From contig NC_042999.1 in assembly GCF_006345805.1 (NCBI RefSeq), positions 89,032,001 through 89,096,000 of the forward strand: DNA of 64,000 nucleotides. The letters are read 5' to 3'. How positions within the stretch are numbered: position 1 is the first letter of the stretch; the number at the start of each line of letters is the position of its first letter. The position numbers were made by a program, and so were the translations under genes. A model generated the notes under the pieces. It saw only the letters and a program-made list of their open reading frames with translations, made no database searches and was not told the DNA's origin. The DNA comes from Octopus sinensis. Lineage: Eukaryota. Positions 53,040 through 64,000 of the stretch are shown one piece after another.

Positions 53040-53870
53040 AATAAGGGCTGACAGAGATCTCTCCCCTAGGAGCATTGGTAAAATCTATTTAGCAGAAAAA
53101 CAAAATTTTAAAAATGAGTACTTGTCTCAAAAAGCACAAACCATAGAAGGGATTAATCTTGTCAAAAGCTTGGCATGGAGTACCGACAAATTTACGACAT
53201 TCCACTTCGAAGGCTCCATGCAATTCAAGAACAAGAGATATCCATCAAGTATCTACAGCACAACAGGCAAAAACGTTGACAGACAACAAATATAAGTTGT
53301 TCAAGACTAGAACTGAAAACATCAACAGCATAATTCCCAACTGCGAGAGAATATCATCCACATATTATCTTCCCATGAGACATGATGCGGTGGCCAGAAC
53401 GGTCTGGAGGATAGCGAAAAACACCTACAGACGAAGTTGACTATATTGAGATCGATGGATGAAAGGAATATTAGTGGAACTTGAAAATTAAAACAGCCAC
53501 CAAGTTAGAACACAACCGGCGAGATATTATTGTGTGGGACCGCAAAGAAAAGTTATGTTCTATTGCGGAAATCAACTACCCTTTCGATACCAACGTGGTT
53601 AGAAAAATACAAGAGAAAGAGGACATGTATGGACCACTGATAAGGAATTTGTAAATCCATTACCCAAGATCCACTTTCAGTTTCATATTTATTATTATTG
53701 GAGAAACAAGATGCATGCCACTTGCTGCGTAGCAACTGATCGGTACAGAAACCTAGAAAGACTTTGGTTCGCCAATAAAGAACAGCGGAAATAGATTCGC
53801 ATTCTCCAGATACAATGAGTCATAGGCACAGTAAAAGTTTGTAAAACATTTCAGAGATTATCCATTTGAG
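53040..53870 (+). mobile_element. R4/NeSL-type non-LTR element, C-terminal CCHC + RLE domain, decayed
   Basis: TENINSIIPNCERISSTYYLPMRHDAVARTVW and HNR.DIIVWDRKEKLCSIAEINYPFDTNVVRKIQEKEDMYGPLIRNL (PD-(D/E)xK-type). Confidence 0.85.
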
Positions 53871-55265
53871 GTCTCTGGAGGGGCATATGCACATGTATAT
53901 GTGAAATACATATGTGAAATACATATAAATGCGTAACAGTTTTAGGTTATTATATGTGAAAATGGCAACGTCAGTTGTGTAGTCTGTATCTACCACTGTT
54001 CTATTGTTAAACAATATATTTCGCTCTTTACATTCTGTGTTAAAATCGTGCCAGGTTCAATCCTTCGTTTCGTCCTTTCGAGGTCTATAAAGTGTCAGTC
54101 AAGTACTGGAGCCAATATAACTGATTATCCAATCGCCAATATTCCTTTTTTGGTTTTTGATTTTTTTTTTAGCTTATGAGCATATAAGAAATTACACTCT
54201 TATAGAGAGTCCAGATTTCAGTATCTCTACAGATAGCAAAGAAAAGACGGCGAAATAGATGTGTGGATAGAGCGAGAGACAGAGAGAGTGTGTCTCTCAG
54301 TGTTAGAACCGACCCTCGAGGCTCTGATTTCAAATGCCACTGGTGTCAAATTTGCCTATCATTTGTCGCCTGATTTGCTACATTACCTGATACCTTAGAT
54401 GCCTTTAGCGAAGTCGACCTTGGTGCAAGCATTTGAATTTGGCGTCAGGCATGTGGACACTTCCCTCCCTCTTTGCAACAGTTTCGAAGGCTCTGAAAAG
54501 AATTTTGAGCATAGGCCTTCCATCCTGATTCAAAGATAAGAAAAAAAAAAAAAAAAGACCGAAATAGATCACCTTTGAATATCTAAGCAAAAAGCTTTCC
54601 CTGTGTTAATCGGGAGCAGTATCATTTCTGTTTGGCTGCTACTTTTAAATTTCTTCGATTTTTGCTCTAACTGATTTCATATTTGATGTGTTGACGCAGT
54701 TTTGTATGGTAATCATTGACAACAAATTTTGGGTAATTTTAACCAATCGAAAGCCACAGACATATCGCAGCCTGTTTCCATAGTCACAATCCAAGCTGTT
54801 ACGGAGCTGCTTACCTACATGGTCATTTTTCACTTATTATCATAAATGCTTAAAACACAGGCCTTAAATCATGCACCAATATTTTTTTGTTTTGGTTTTT
54901 GCATAATCGTATGAATTCACATGTGAAAATTTCAAAAAATAAAAAAGTTATGAGGAAGTTATATGGCGTGCGTAAAGCAGAATCCCGCCTATATTTCATT
55001 CGTTTACACCTGTCAGCACATGCAATCAGGCACAAAATGACAGCTTCCAAAACCTGTTTTCTGACTGGGTAAAAATTATCAAGCTTTAAACCTCTAACAT
55101 TTAAAAAAAAATTTTCTGGGAAAAGTGGATTTAACCCTGAGATTCGGCGTGGAAAATTACAATATAACAAATTTTAAAATTTTCATTAAACTTTAAAATT
55201 TCCACAGGTACAGCCAAACAGAAAAGATCCCGGGAACATTCACCGCTAGGTTCATTGGATTACTC

Positions 55266-55490
55266 TTTTACTTGTTTTAGTCACTTGACCGTGGCCATGC
55301 TGGAGCACCGCTTATAGTCGAGCAAATCGATCCTAGGACTTATTCTCTGTAAGCCTAGTATTTATTCTATCGGTTTCATTTGCCGAACCGCTAAGTTACA
55401 GGGACGTAAACACATCACCATCGGTTGTCAAGCGATGTTGGGGGACAAACACAGGCACACAAACACACACACACACATACACATACATAC

Positions 55491-55556
<66 letters not shown>

Positions 55557-55864
55557 TATTATATGTAGAAAAATACAAACTGGGACAAGAACGCAAGACA
55601 CTTAGAAGACGATACAAAAAACACGGACGGGACATTCGAAGCCCTCAATCTTCAGTCAAGAACCGGATCATCGTAGCAATTTCGGCTGATATATATATAT
55701 ATTTGACTGGCTTCTTTCAGTTTCCGTCCGCCAAATCCACTCACAAGGCTTTGGTCGGCCCGAAGCTATAGTAGAAGACACTTGACCAAGTTGCCACGAA
55801 GTGGGACTGGACCCGGAACCATGTGGTTGGTAAGCAAGCTATTACCACACAGCCACTCCTGCGC
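55266..55864 (-). mobile_element. family B SINE, full length, with a nested repeat at 55555-55690
   Basis: Head GCGCAGGAGTGGCTGTGTGGTAA...GTTCCGGGTCCAGTCCC and tail GCGGTGCTCCAGCATGGCC...AAACAAGTAAAAG. Confidence 0.92.
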
Positions 55865-55881
55865 TTATAAAAGGGTATGAC

Positions 55882-55995
55882 GCTTACAGCACCTAGGTTT
55901 CCCAAGCGGTCACCCAAGTACTAACTAGGCTCGACGTTGCTTAACTTCGGTGATCGGACGAGAACTGGTGCTTTCAAAGTAATATGGCCATAAGT
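55882..55995 (-). rRNA. 5S rRNA pseudogene
   Basis: ACTTATGGCCATATTACTTTGAAAGCACCAGTTCTCGTCCGATCACCGAAGTTAAGCAACGTCGAGCCTAGTTAGTACTTGGGTGACCGCTTGGGAAACCTAGGTGCTGTAAGC. It lacks GATG in box C relative to the canonical GTACTTGGATGGG. A T4 run lies 9 nt downstream. Confidence 0.92.
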
Positions 55996-56429
55996 GCAAA
56001 ATTTGTGCAAGGTTTGTGTGTGCGTGTGTGTATGTGTGTATGTGTGTGCATGTGTGCATGTGTGTTGTGTGTGTATGTCTATGCGAGCGCGTGCGCAATT
56101 GTTTGCAGTAGCGACAAGCTTAGCTTACGTGTCCACAATTTATCTATTGAGAGAATGGTTGACAGGGGTGATGCGGTGACTAAGAAATCATATGAAGGGA
56201 CAAGAGAAGAAAGACAGCGGTGGCAAAATATAAACAGTACTGCTAAGTATTTTGCTTACATGACCACTCATGCATATCAACCAACTCACCATAACTGTTT
56301 GGTCTACTGAAAAACCGTCTCACTATCCGACACAGGTCTGACAAGGTTATCGAAACCTGTGTTTTCTCTAGCGTGGTGTGCCGCTATCTACAAATGTCAA
56401 GTACGCACGCACACACCCACACACGCACA

Positions 56430-56476
<47 letters not shown>

Positions 56477-56586
56477 ACACATACGCATGCACTCATGAAT
56501 AACATACACTTTCTCCTTCACTCCTTTTATTTTTTGTTGGCTTTGGAATCCATCATCGTTCATTATCGAGCATTTTGTTTTTAAAG

Positions 56587-56601
56587 TTTCTTCTTCTTCT
56601 T

Positions 56602-56662
<61 letters not shown>

Positions 56663-56680
56663 TATTATTATTATTATTAT

Positions 56681-56711
<31 letters not shown>

Positions 56712-56720
56712 TGTTGTTCT
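56587..56720. repeat. stepwise trinucleotide array (TTC)n-(TTA)n-(TAG)n-(TTG)n
   Basis: Direct reading. Confidence 0.95.
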
Positions 56721-57054
56721 AATTCTTATTGTGTGCAATCTGTTACGACACTCTGTGATCGATGTTGTCTTAATTTTTATGATGGCTTGTCAAGTCAACT
56801 CGATAGATCTATTATTCTTCCTCTCTCCCTGCCTCCGCTGCTTGCTAACTAATTACTCAGCGAATCACTCACTCTCTCTCCATTTGTCCTCCCTTCTCCC
56901 TCTCTATCTCTCCTCCTTCTCCCCCCTCTCTCTCTCTCTTCTTTAGTGTCCACCCCTCTCTGTCTCTGATAGTGAGTCACTCACTTTTTGACAAGTCACC
57001 ACCGGCGCGCTGTTAGCTGTATAATACGTAAACAGAGATGTGTATATAAACAAA

Positions 57055-57530
57055 TACGAGGAGATACCCAAAAGTAACCGAAAACATTCTCTTTGGGACA
57101 AACCCGTTGTATTTCAGGCTTTTACTCTTAGAAGCCACTTGATGCGACCCTCAGGCATCAGTCTGCCGACCAGCGTCGTCTGATTATGTCGTCCTACCAC
57201 ATATGTGTCTTTTTTTTTTGCTATGGCTGAAACGAAGGGACAGCGTGCTTCCGTGAAATTCTGTTTTCTGCTGGGAAAAACGGCGGCCGAAGCAGTTGTC
57301 ATACTTCAAACAGCTTACAAGGATGCTACCATGAGCAAGACACAAGCTTACAAGTGGTTTTCACGCTTTATGAACGGTGTCTCGTCGCTTGAAGACCAAC
57401 GTCGTTCAAGGCGACCGTCGACCTCCAGAACGAATGAAAACATCACAAAAATTCATGAATTGATCTTGGTGAAGCATCGCCGAACAATGAACGAACTTCT
57501 TGATACAACTGGTATGTCCTGGAGTTCCTG
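57055..57530 (+). mobile_element. mariner (irritans-like) 5' part
   Basis: TA plus CGAGGAGATACCCAAAAGTAACCG TIR. QRASVKFCFLLGKTAAE...YKWFSRFMNG..SLEDQRRSRRPSTS...RRTMNEL, truncated. Confidence 0.9.
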
Positions 57531-57580
57531 TGATGAAATTCATACATCACAACACACACCTTCACTCACTCACTCACTCA

Positions 57581-57618
<38 letters not shown>

Positions 57619-58977
57619 GACGTACATTTCATATACACGTATATCTTTCACGTTCTCCTCTCTTTTACTTTCTCATCTCACTTCAAAGCAAATGTCGCTT
57701 TTTCACTTTATCCTCTCTTTCAATATCTGCTCTCTTCAAAGCATAAAGGAATTATAGGAATTTTACGAATATTAACGAACAATCATAGCATCCCATATAT
57801 GTCGAGTTGACGACTTTGCTTCTTCAAACAAAAGAATGATATATAAAATAACTTCCTTTGACACACACACACATGCACATACACATGCACACACACACAC
57901 ACACGCGCACACACACAAATACTCTAGGTAAAACTTCTGTGCAAATTATATTATTTATTGCAGTGTGCACGAGCAAATTGAAATGATCTTTTTCTATTGT
58001 GTAATTTGTGATTATGATGAGCGTATTTAAAAACCTGATCTTCGATATAAACTTAAAAGAAAGTTTTCCCCAAAATTCTGTCCTTTACCTCTTCTTTCTA
58101 GCATGTCCGAGGTGACATTTCCGCTCCCTCGCCTTATTTTTTCCTAAATTTCTTCCGATTCCTATGTTTGCGATACAGTACATTAGGATTTCACTCACAA
58201 AACACGTTCTAAATATTTTAATTTTCTCCCTTTCCACACTAAATTAATTTTTTACTTTTTTCAAATATTTTTTCAAATATTTTTTCTTGGTAATCCATGG
58301 AGTAAAAACAGAAGGTACGAATCTTTCAGAATTTTACCCATCACCTCACCACTTTTTAAAAGCTACACACTTCCAATGTTTCACTTTCAGCTTTTTGGAA
58401 AGCGGGAAAGTTTCTTAAGAAATAATGTCATTCACCTGTTGTTTCTAGCATGTCGGGTTTTCTGGTGGTGGTCTAGTATTTTTCTAAGTTTGCTATTTCA
58501 GTAGAATTCTACGCATGCGGGAAACAGCAAACAAAAGTGAAAGCGAGTAGGTGATTTGAGGGGCATTGTGTGTTTTTTAATAAAAATTAAACTATAAAAA
58601 ATATATGTATTTTCCAGATTCATAATCTCTGTATTTTTCTACGTAGATAACAAAATAAATAAATAAATAAAATAGAAAAATTCGAAAAAGTTACAAATTA
58701 AGAAATCGCAGAGAGGATGGGGGGAAATGAAAATTTTGAAAACGTGATTTCTGGACAAAATCATATTAACCCCATTTTATACGATGAAACAATACATAGT
58801 TTGTGATCCTTCTTAAGAACAAAAAGCACTTTCATGCAAACCCATGCATATTGTGCACCCCCCCTTTTACTTTTAAACAAATAATAACTTCCATTATGTC
58901 ATTAACTATATATCAGTGGTGCCGATTCTGCCCATAAGAAAGAAGCAAATAATTCAATGTACCCGTAGGGCATAGCA

Positions 58978-59005
58978 CCCGGGCAACACCGGGATGCATT
59001 GCTAG
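58978..59005 (+). mobile_element. Helitron-like 3' terminus
   Basis: Hairpin CCCGG-gcaaca-CCGGG, 8 nt, then CTAG followed by T. The 5' end was not identified. Confidence 0.55.
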
Positions 59006-62000
59006 TTTGTGCGCGCGTGTATGTGTGTGAGTGTGTTGTGTTTCTATTATCTCGCTAACCACTATTTCAACTACTTCTTCCCTATGATGTCCCCATTTCA
59101 TTTATTCTCTACTAATTTTTCTCCTAAGTTGAACTATCAAGCTACTTTCAATTATTATGTGAACTCTAATGAAGTGTTTCTCAGGTATGCAAACTTTCTT
59201 CACCAGTTCATCGCGTCGACGACTTCTCAGAGGACTTCAGTGCATTGCTGAAAAATCTTCGAGATTGCTATTTTTCTCCTCTTTTATGGTAGCTAGTCAA
59301 AATTGCTGTTGATCTCTAGTATACATTGTCAGTATAATCCAGCTTTTATAAATTTATGTCTCAGATTGTTTCAGGCGCCTAATTAAGCATCTTAAATCAA
59401 GCATCTACTATGTTCCTACTAATATTGATACAGGAATACATTATGGCTGATTGATTTATTTACAATGTAAGCCTTTAGAGTTTCCTTCCTCCTCACAGCT
59501 AGCAAATTTATTGATGTTAATAATAATTTTGAATATTATTCATCCCTATTTTTTCTTTGGTAAACATTTTTCATTTTCTTTCTGTTTTTCTTTCTTTTTC
59601 TTTCTTTTTTTTTTTTCTCGACACATTCTTAATGTATTTCACACTGATTCTGAATTCTTTCACACGTTTTACTCTCTTTCGCAACATCTTTGGTATTCTG
59701 TCCATGTATAATAAGTTTAACGCTGTGATTTCCTCATCCCACATGCCAGCAGAGAATTGTACAAAATGTTAAATGTTTGGTCTGAAGCTACTTAACTGCT
59801 TAGTAGCATTCGTTTTGCGGTAGATAGCACATTAATCTTGAATAAACAAGTTGTTCCTGGACTTATTTTCTTACTTTAGCAGTTATTTCCTCTATATTTA
59901 TTCAATCCAATCACTTTTTGTTTATTTGTAATATCCTAACTCTTTCTAGTTTAAAATTTATAGTTATTGTAAATTCTTTCGTTATTTCAATATTTTTACT
60001 TCCTCCTCTACATCTATATTTTTACGTTTTATTTTATTTGTTGTCCATGCAATCACCTGTTAATTGAAGGTGTGAATAAAACAATTTCCGAACCCAAATG
60101 CTAATGTCTCGCACTTATTTACAGAAATATTTCCTGGTTAGACATTACCTTGAGGGAGAAGAGTAAAACAGGTCTACTATTGTAATATGAAACATGTTTC
60201 AATTGCTTGCCAGGCAAATGTGTTACCGATTATATTACAGAGCATCTGTCAAACCCTATATCTCAAATTATGTAATGGAATCGTCTATGTTTTTCTTATC
60301 GCTTTTAATTTTACTTATTTACACGGGTGTTTAACATGTGATCGACACCGGGTTTGCATACATCAATTGTCCATCATGGTCTGGTTTTTCTTTCTCTCTC
60401 TGATAATTGCTAAATTAATATCTAATAATATCTCATGTTGAACATTTTAGCAATTAATGAATTCAAAATTTAATACAAGGGTTATTTCTTCTTGTAAAAA
60501 TCTAACCGAGCTGAGATACCTTTAAATGTTAAACATTAATATGTTTGTGCAAAAGTAACCAATAGACATACAGTTATGGCAAAGTTAACTTATTTCTTTG
60601 ACGAATGAAAAACATTACGAGCGGCTTTAATCGATTCGATTTTCGACTCATATTGAGGTCTCATCGGAGGTATTTACATCACTTGACCAATCCTGGAGAA
60701 GCAAGTAAAGAATTAGCTAATCTGCTTTATATACCTAACAAATCCAGCAACTTCAGAGAAATGAAACTACCAAAGTGCTTGACACCTTTTTTAATCTCAG
60801 CGGCTTATCAACGGGGATTCATACATACACGGGAAGTTTTAACGATTTATCTGTAGAATGAAAAAAATGACAAACAGCCTTAGTCGATTTTCAGAGGCGT
60901 TTACATTACGTGACCAATCCTAATTTAGCGTTCAACCTGTCCTGCTACGCTAAGTAATTTTCTCCTGGAAGTATACGAATAGCATGAACAATGTTGCAGA
61001 GAATCTAATTTTATTCACTCCGTTAAAAAGGCCTGACTGAATCAAACACTATTATGAAATGCCTTCCCTTAACCATGATAATTTTCCTTGTCAATGTTAA
61101 TTTGGCCAAACTGGAACCCATATAGACTTTCCAGAAAAACCTATTTTATAGATGATTTAAAATAATGCAGCCAAATACTTTTCTTGCCTTGCTGAGCAAA
61201 GAAATTCGTCTTGCTGTTACAGCCGTCATCGTCTCTATTGACAATTTTCATTTCATGCGGAATAGCTCTCCGTCTCCAACAAAAGTGAGAAACTCATATT
61301 GATGGGACAAAAGGATATGCCGGCTTTTGTGGGGTGGGAATTTAGCCAAGATAATGTCACAAGCTGGTGACTTGCGACTTGAGTGTTCATGCATAACTTT
61401 CGAGTACTCTTCCACATTGGGATTTTCATTTGTCGTTTTATGTAATAGTAGAATTGTGTTACTTAGTTGTTTGCTTACATTTCAGCTTTCCTCGTAGAGA
61501 CTGGTGTAATGCTTAAACTATTTGCTCAGTTGTTCTCTCTTTAACAGGGCAACATTAATTATTTGATGATCGAAAGTAATGTTTATTGTACATCTTGTAC
61601 ATCATTCTGATAACTCCCTAATCTGAGACATACTTCCGAGGTGTTCATAATGCTTTTAACTTTACTGCTCCAAACTGACTATTTGTAGCTTTCGTTAAGT
61701 TCTTGATGCGATCCAGTAGGGCTTCTCTCTTTTCTCATAAAAGAGCTATGAATGTAAATACACAGCTAATCCACTTTGATATCTTATTCGTCCACAAATA
61801 TGCGATATTTTTTATCTATGAGCCCCTTTGATTATTATTCTATTCTCGTGGACCCTATAGCCATTTGCTGTCTAAAAACTACTTTTATAGACACTTCTTT
61901 CAAAATTCCTATTTTGGTTTTCACATATTTCTTTGTGTAGGTTGAACTATGTAAAATATAAGAGAAAGAAACCTGGCTGTTTTTGCAATACATACCAAGA

Positions 62001-62386
62001 CATGTATCTAAAGCAAAATTTTTTTCAGGAGCCCTTAAATTACTATTGTGGATGCCCAATTTACTGTTTTACTGTGTGGACCCACAAAAATCTTATATGG
62101 ACCCTCAATGGCTGTATGGGCGCCGGTTGAGAACTACTGCCTTAGAGGATTCATAAAAAGATGAAATGTTCCTCAATTTATGGGCTGCCTTGCAAGGCTT
62201 AACAAGTTTTCCCTCGGAGGAAAGCTATAAGATGTTTAAGGACGGGTCAGTGCTTAGACCGATATTCATGAATCCCTCCTTGATTGTTCGGACTCCAGAC
62301 TGATGTACAGACTAAGCCCAGCCGTTTTATAGGTGCTGCTTTTGTGTGTGTGCGCACACCCACACCCACACACCTACACGCGCATG

Positions 62387-62583
62387 CTGCAGGTAAAGTT
62401 TGAAATGGAGACGGGTGTTAAAGATCTCGTGTCTTGTCCTATATAAACGGGAGATGACGATGCAATATTTGCATAGTAGAGTGGGCAAGGTTCCTTAAAA
62501 ACTCGCTGGACCCGGGATCACTCTTAAACTCAAGACACGAGATTTACAGCTCTTGCTCCCATTTCAAACACAACCTACTGCAG
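62387..62583. other. segmented imperfect inverted repeat enclosing a TATA-like motif and an octamer
   Basis: 13-bp, 11-bp and 6-bp perfect helices separated by asymmetric internal loops. The 94-nt loop contains CTATATAAA and ATGCAATATTTGCAT. Confidence 0.6.
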
Positions 62584-62979
62584 GCTTGGGATTCCCCGCT
62601 CATCGATTAGGACTGTAAAATGTACTTGCAGACCGGACCCAGCCTAGGGTGGAGTTTCTCTGTTCACTCTTTAGGCCCATAAGATCTACCAACCGGACTG
62701 GTCTAAAAGAGATAACTCGTCCTGTTTAAGACTCAGGCAGGGTATATTACTCGTTTGTTTACAAATTAACTAACTGTAACGGTTTACTACCTCCAGATTG
62801 AAGTGAGGTTATATGTCTGAGCTCATTGGAGTCTGACGAGTCGTCTATAAAGCTAAGCGCTTTATGGATGCGAAACTATTGGTCTTTCTATGACCGATAT
62901 ATATTTAACTTCATCAAAATATATTACTACTCCAACTTTTAGAATGTGCTTCTTTTTGGGATATAAGGTTCACTGACAA

Positions 62980-63070
<91 letters not shown>

Positions 63071-63084
63071 CATATTCTTTTATT

Positions 63085-63475
63085 CTTTTACTTGTTTCTG
63101 ATTCAGTCATTTGACTGCGGCCATGTTGGAGTACCGCCTTAAAGAGTTTTTAGTCGCAAAAATCGACCCCAGGACTTATTCTTTGTACTTATTCTTTTGC
63201 CGAACCGATAAGTTACGGGGACGTAAACACACCAGCATCGCTTGTCAAGCGATGGTGATGGTGGTGGGACAAACATAGACACAAAGACACACACACATAA
63301 ATATATACATATACTTACGTGCTTCTTTCTGTTTCCGCCTACCAAATCCACTCACAAGGCTTTGGTGTGCCCGAGACTATTATAGAAGACACTTACCCAA
63401 GGTACCACGCAGTGGAACTGAACCCGGAGCCATGTGGTAGGAAAGCAAACTTCTTACCACGCAACCACACCTATA
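63085..63475 (-). mobile_element. family B SINE
   Basis: Same head, body and tail as 55266-55864. Confidence 0.92.
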
Positions 63476-64000
63476 CACACATACATATGTAAGGAGAGTG
63501 AGAGAGAGAGAGAGATACATACATATACATTTTATACATTTATATACACATACACACGCATTTATCCATTTATTTATACATACATACATACATACATACA
63601 TGTATATATAAAATTTTCAGGATTCAGGAGAATCATGTACTTAAATAGCAAAGCACCAAGGTCAGGTCGGTGATAGCGCTATCGTGAATAAACAATGTAG
63701 AACAAATGCGTACTCGCTAAAGTAAAAACGGATTTGTACTGCGGTTGCACGTACATTTACAAATGGCTGGCTGAAAACAGAACGAGTTGTCAAGGTTACA
63801 CATGGATACACTCACTGCACCTATTGCGCCGTACTCTATAGACTCTAGATCCAAACGAATTGCAGGTTCCAAGTTAAGTGAAGGATAAACAAATAACAAC
63901 AGATGAATTTTGTGTGTGTGTGTGTGTTTTTGTGTGCGTGTATGTGTAAATGCCTGTGTGTGTGCTTGTGTGTGTGTGTGTGTAAATGCGTGTGTGTATT

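Noticed and set aside
56330-56362. CTGACAA...GAAA between complementary arms
   Set aside because: G8 is missing and there is no stem III or NUH site; at best a dead hammerhead remnant.
57530-57810. Apparent C-terminal extension of the 201-aa ORF as a mariner-host fusion
   Set aside because: The extension is read-through into (TCAC)/(CT)/(CA) microsatellite and AT-rich sequence.
61223-61284. Plus-strand 62-nt candidate exon (VIVSIDNFHFMRNSSPSPTK)
   Set aside because: Isolated, with no partner exon or homology; such AG/GT pairs are common by chance.

Overview
Eukaryotic, AT-rich, microsatellite-saturated genomic DNA. The tRNA-derived SINE families, the repeat density and a mollusc-type 5S copy suggest an octopod cephalopod (inference, no database search). 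No intact protein-coding gene is recognisable, and nearly all long ORFs in the track are microsatellite artefacts or transposon debris. Identifiable content: several decayed mariner/Tc1 elements; a full-length Merlin (IS1595-like) DNA transposon with 27-bp TIRs and an 8-bp TSD; R4/Dong-type, RTE and CR1/L2-like non-LTR retrotransposon fragments; three tRNA-SINE families; Penelope-like (PLE) remnants with inverted repeats and hammerhead ribozyme motifs; a 5S rRNA pseudogene abutting a SINE; a 29-bp minisatellite; a near-identical 1.29-kb tandem duplication; and a Helitron-like 3' end. The most interesting signals are RNA structures: a well-formed hammerhead (12.9 kb), a hammerhead with a 92-nt stem II insert inside a 1.25-kb palindrome (41 kb), a three-copy repeat with HDV-like pseudoknot topology (45/50/55 kb), and two unexplained structured islands (2.4-2.7 kb and 62.4-62.6 kb). 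A weakly supported spliced minus-strand gene is also proposed. Coordinates were read by hand, and the boundaries of decayed elements are approximate.
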